A model generated the notes under the pieces. That model did no database searches. It had not been told where the DNA came from and saw only the letters and a program-made list of their open reading frames with translations. From Callorhinchus milii (lineage: Eukaryota), in the NCBI RefSeq assembly GCF_018977255.1, contig NW_024704742.1:43154001-43218000 (forward strand): DNA of 64,000 nucleotides, given 5' to 3'. Position numbers and translations under genes: made by a program. Positions 63,006 through 64,000 of the stretch are shown piece by piece; position 1 is the stretch's first letter, and the number at the start of each line of letters is the position of its first letter.

Positions 63006-64000
63006 TTTTTTGTTCAAGATAGCACAATTGCAATGAGCTCTTTTCTTCACACAAGCAGGCACAAGTGTTAGAGACATTTCAACTTTAAAGACAGGAATGA
63101 TTTAATTTCATGATACAAGCTATTTTGATTGCACCCTAAGAAGCCCGCTGAGCGTGAATGTGTAAAAGTAACAGAACTCGCTTCCCTTTTGCCAATTTGC
63201 AGATTGTGTGATAAGAGTGTTAGCTGATTAAACCTTATGTGTAAATGTGTACACTTAGGACAAAGGTCAGCATCTACAAAACAGAATAATAATGAACCTT
63301 GAAGGAATGCTAGTCAGGCAACGGTTGTTAAATCAGTCAATTATTACTGAAGATATCCAAGAGTTCAGTGTTTAATGTTACAATACATCAAGGGGACTGA
63401 ATTCGCCCCCAAATGTTTGTTCAATGGATCTTCTCTGATACACAGCTACCTCTTGCCTCATTCACTTCCCTCTCATGCAAGATACCATTTTCTGCAGGGG
63501 AATTTTTCTAGTTATGCAGCGTGATTCTGTGAGCAAGCCTGCATCAACAACATGCACTTTCTATAATGTCTCTCACGTAGGACAAACGTCTCAAAGAGCT
63601 TCACACCTACGATGGGAAAATCATCAAACAGGGTGGAAAGGAAGAGGGGTTTAAGGGTATCAACCAAAACAGAGGGTATCAATCACATGGTTAAAGAGAT
63701 TTGTTTAATTAAGTGAGGTTTGAAGGCAGGGAGAGGCAGTACAAAGCAAGAGGATTTGGGATTTCAGAGAGCAGGAGCATGACAGAAGACTCCGGTATAC
63801 ATGATATAATGAATGAGCAGTAGACCACAGTTGGAAGAGCAGAGGACATAAGCTAATAACTGAGTGAACCAGTGCAGAGGTATAAACTTCTCTAGTCCAC
63901 AGGAGTCTTCTATACACCTTTTGCTCCTGGCTCTGTATCAGCATACCACACACAGTATTAAAGCCAAAGAAGCCTTGAAATACATTGCACCACGTGCTTC

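Overview
Vertebrate genomic DNA, AT-rich and repeat-rich. The SINE/LINE content and protein sequence suggest a cartilaginous fish, possibly a chimaera; this is inference. The window holds one complete protein-coding gene on the minus strand: PPARGC1A (PGC-1alpha). It has 13 coding exons, all with GT-AG introns, from ATG at 61043 to TAA at 8434 (2448 nt, 815 aa by my count), plus a recognisable proximal promoter and a long 3' UTR. Introns and flanks carry a young tRNA(Ala)-headed Deu-type SINE family, older DeuSINEs, a second old SINE family, L2 and CR1 LINE fragments, pogo/Tigger fossils and MITEs, foldback elements and microsatellites. The best unexplained signal is a diverged ~160-bp element present twice in intron 12, with snoRNA/scaRNA-like boxes and hairpins. 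Other leads are a candidate poison exon, an intron-6 route to an NT-PGC-1alpha-sized protein, altered kinase sites, a 5'-inverted SINE and inverted repeat pairs. Repeat boundaries are approximate, and family names come from recalled consensus motifs, not a database search.
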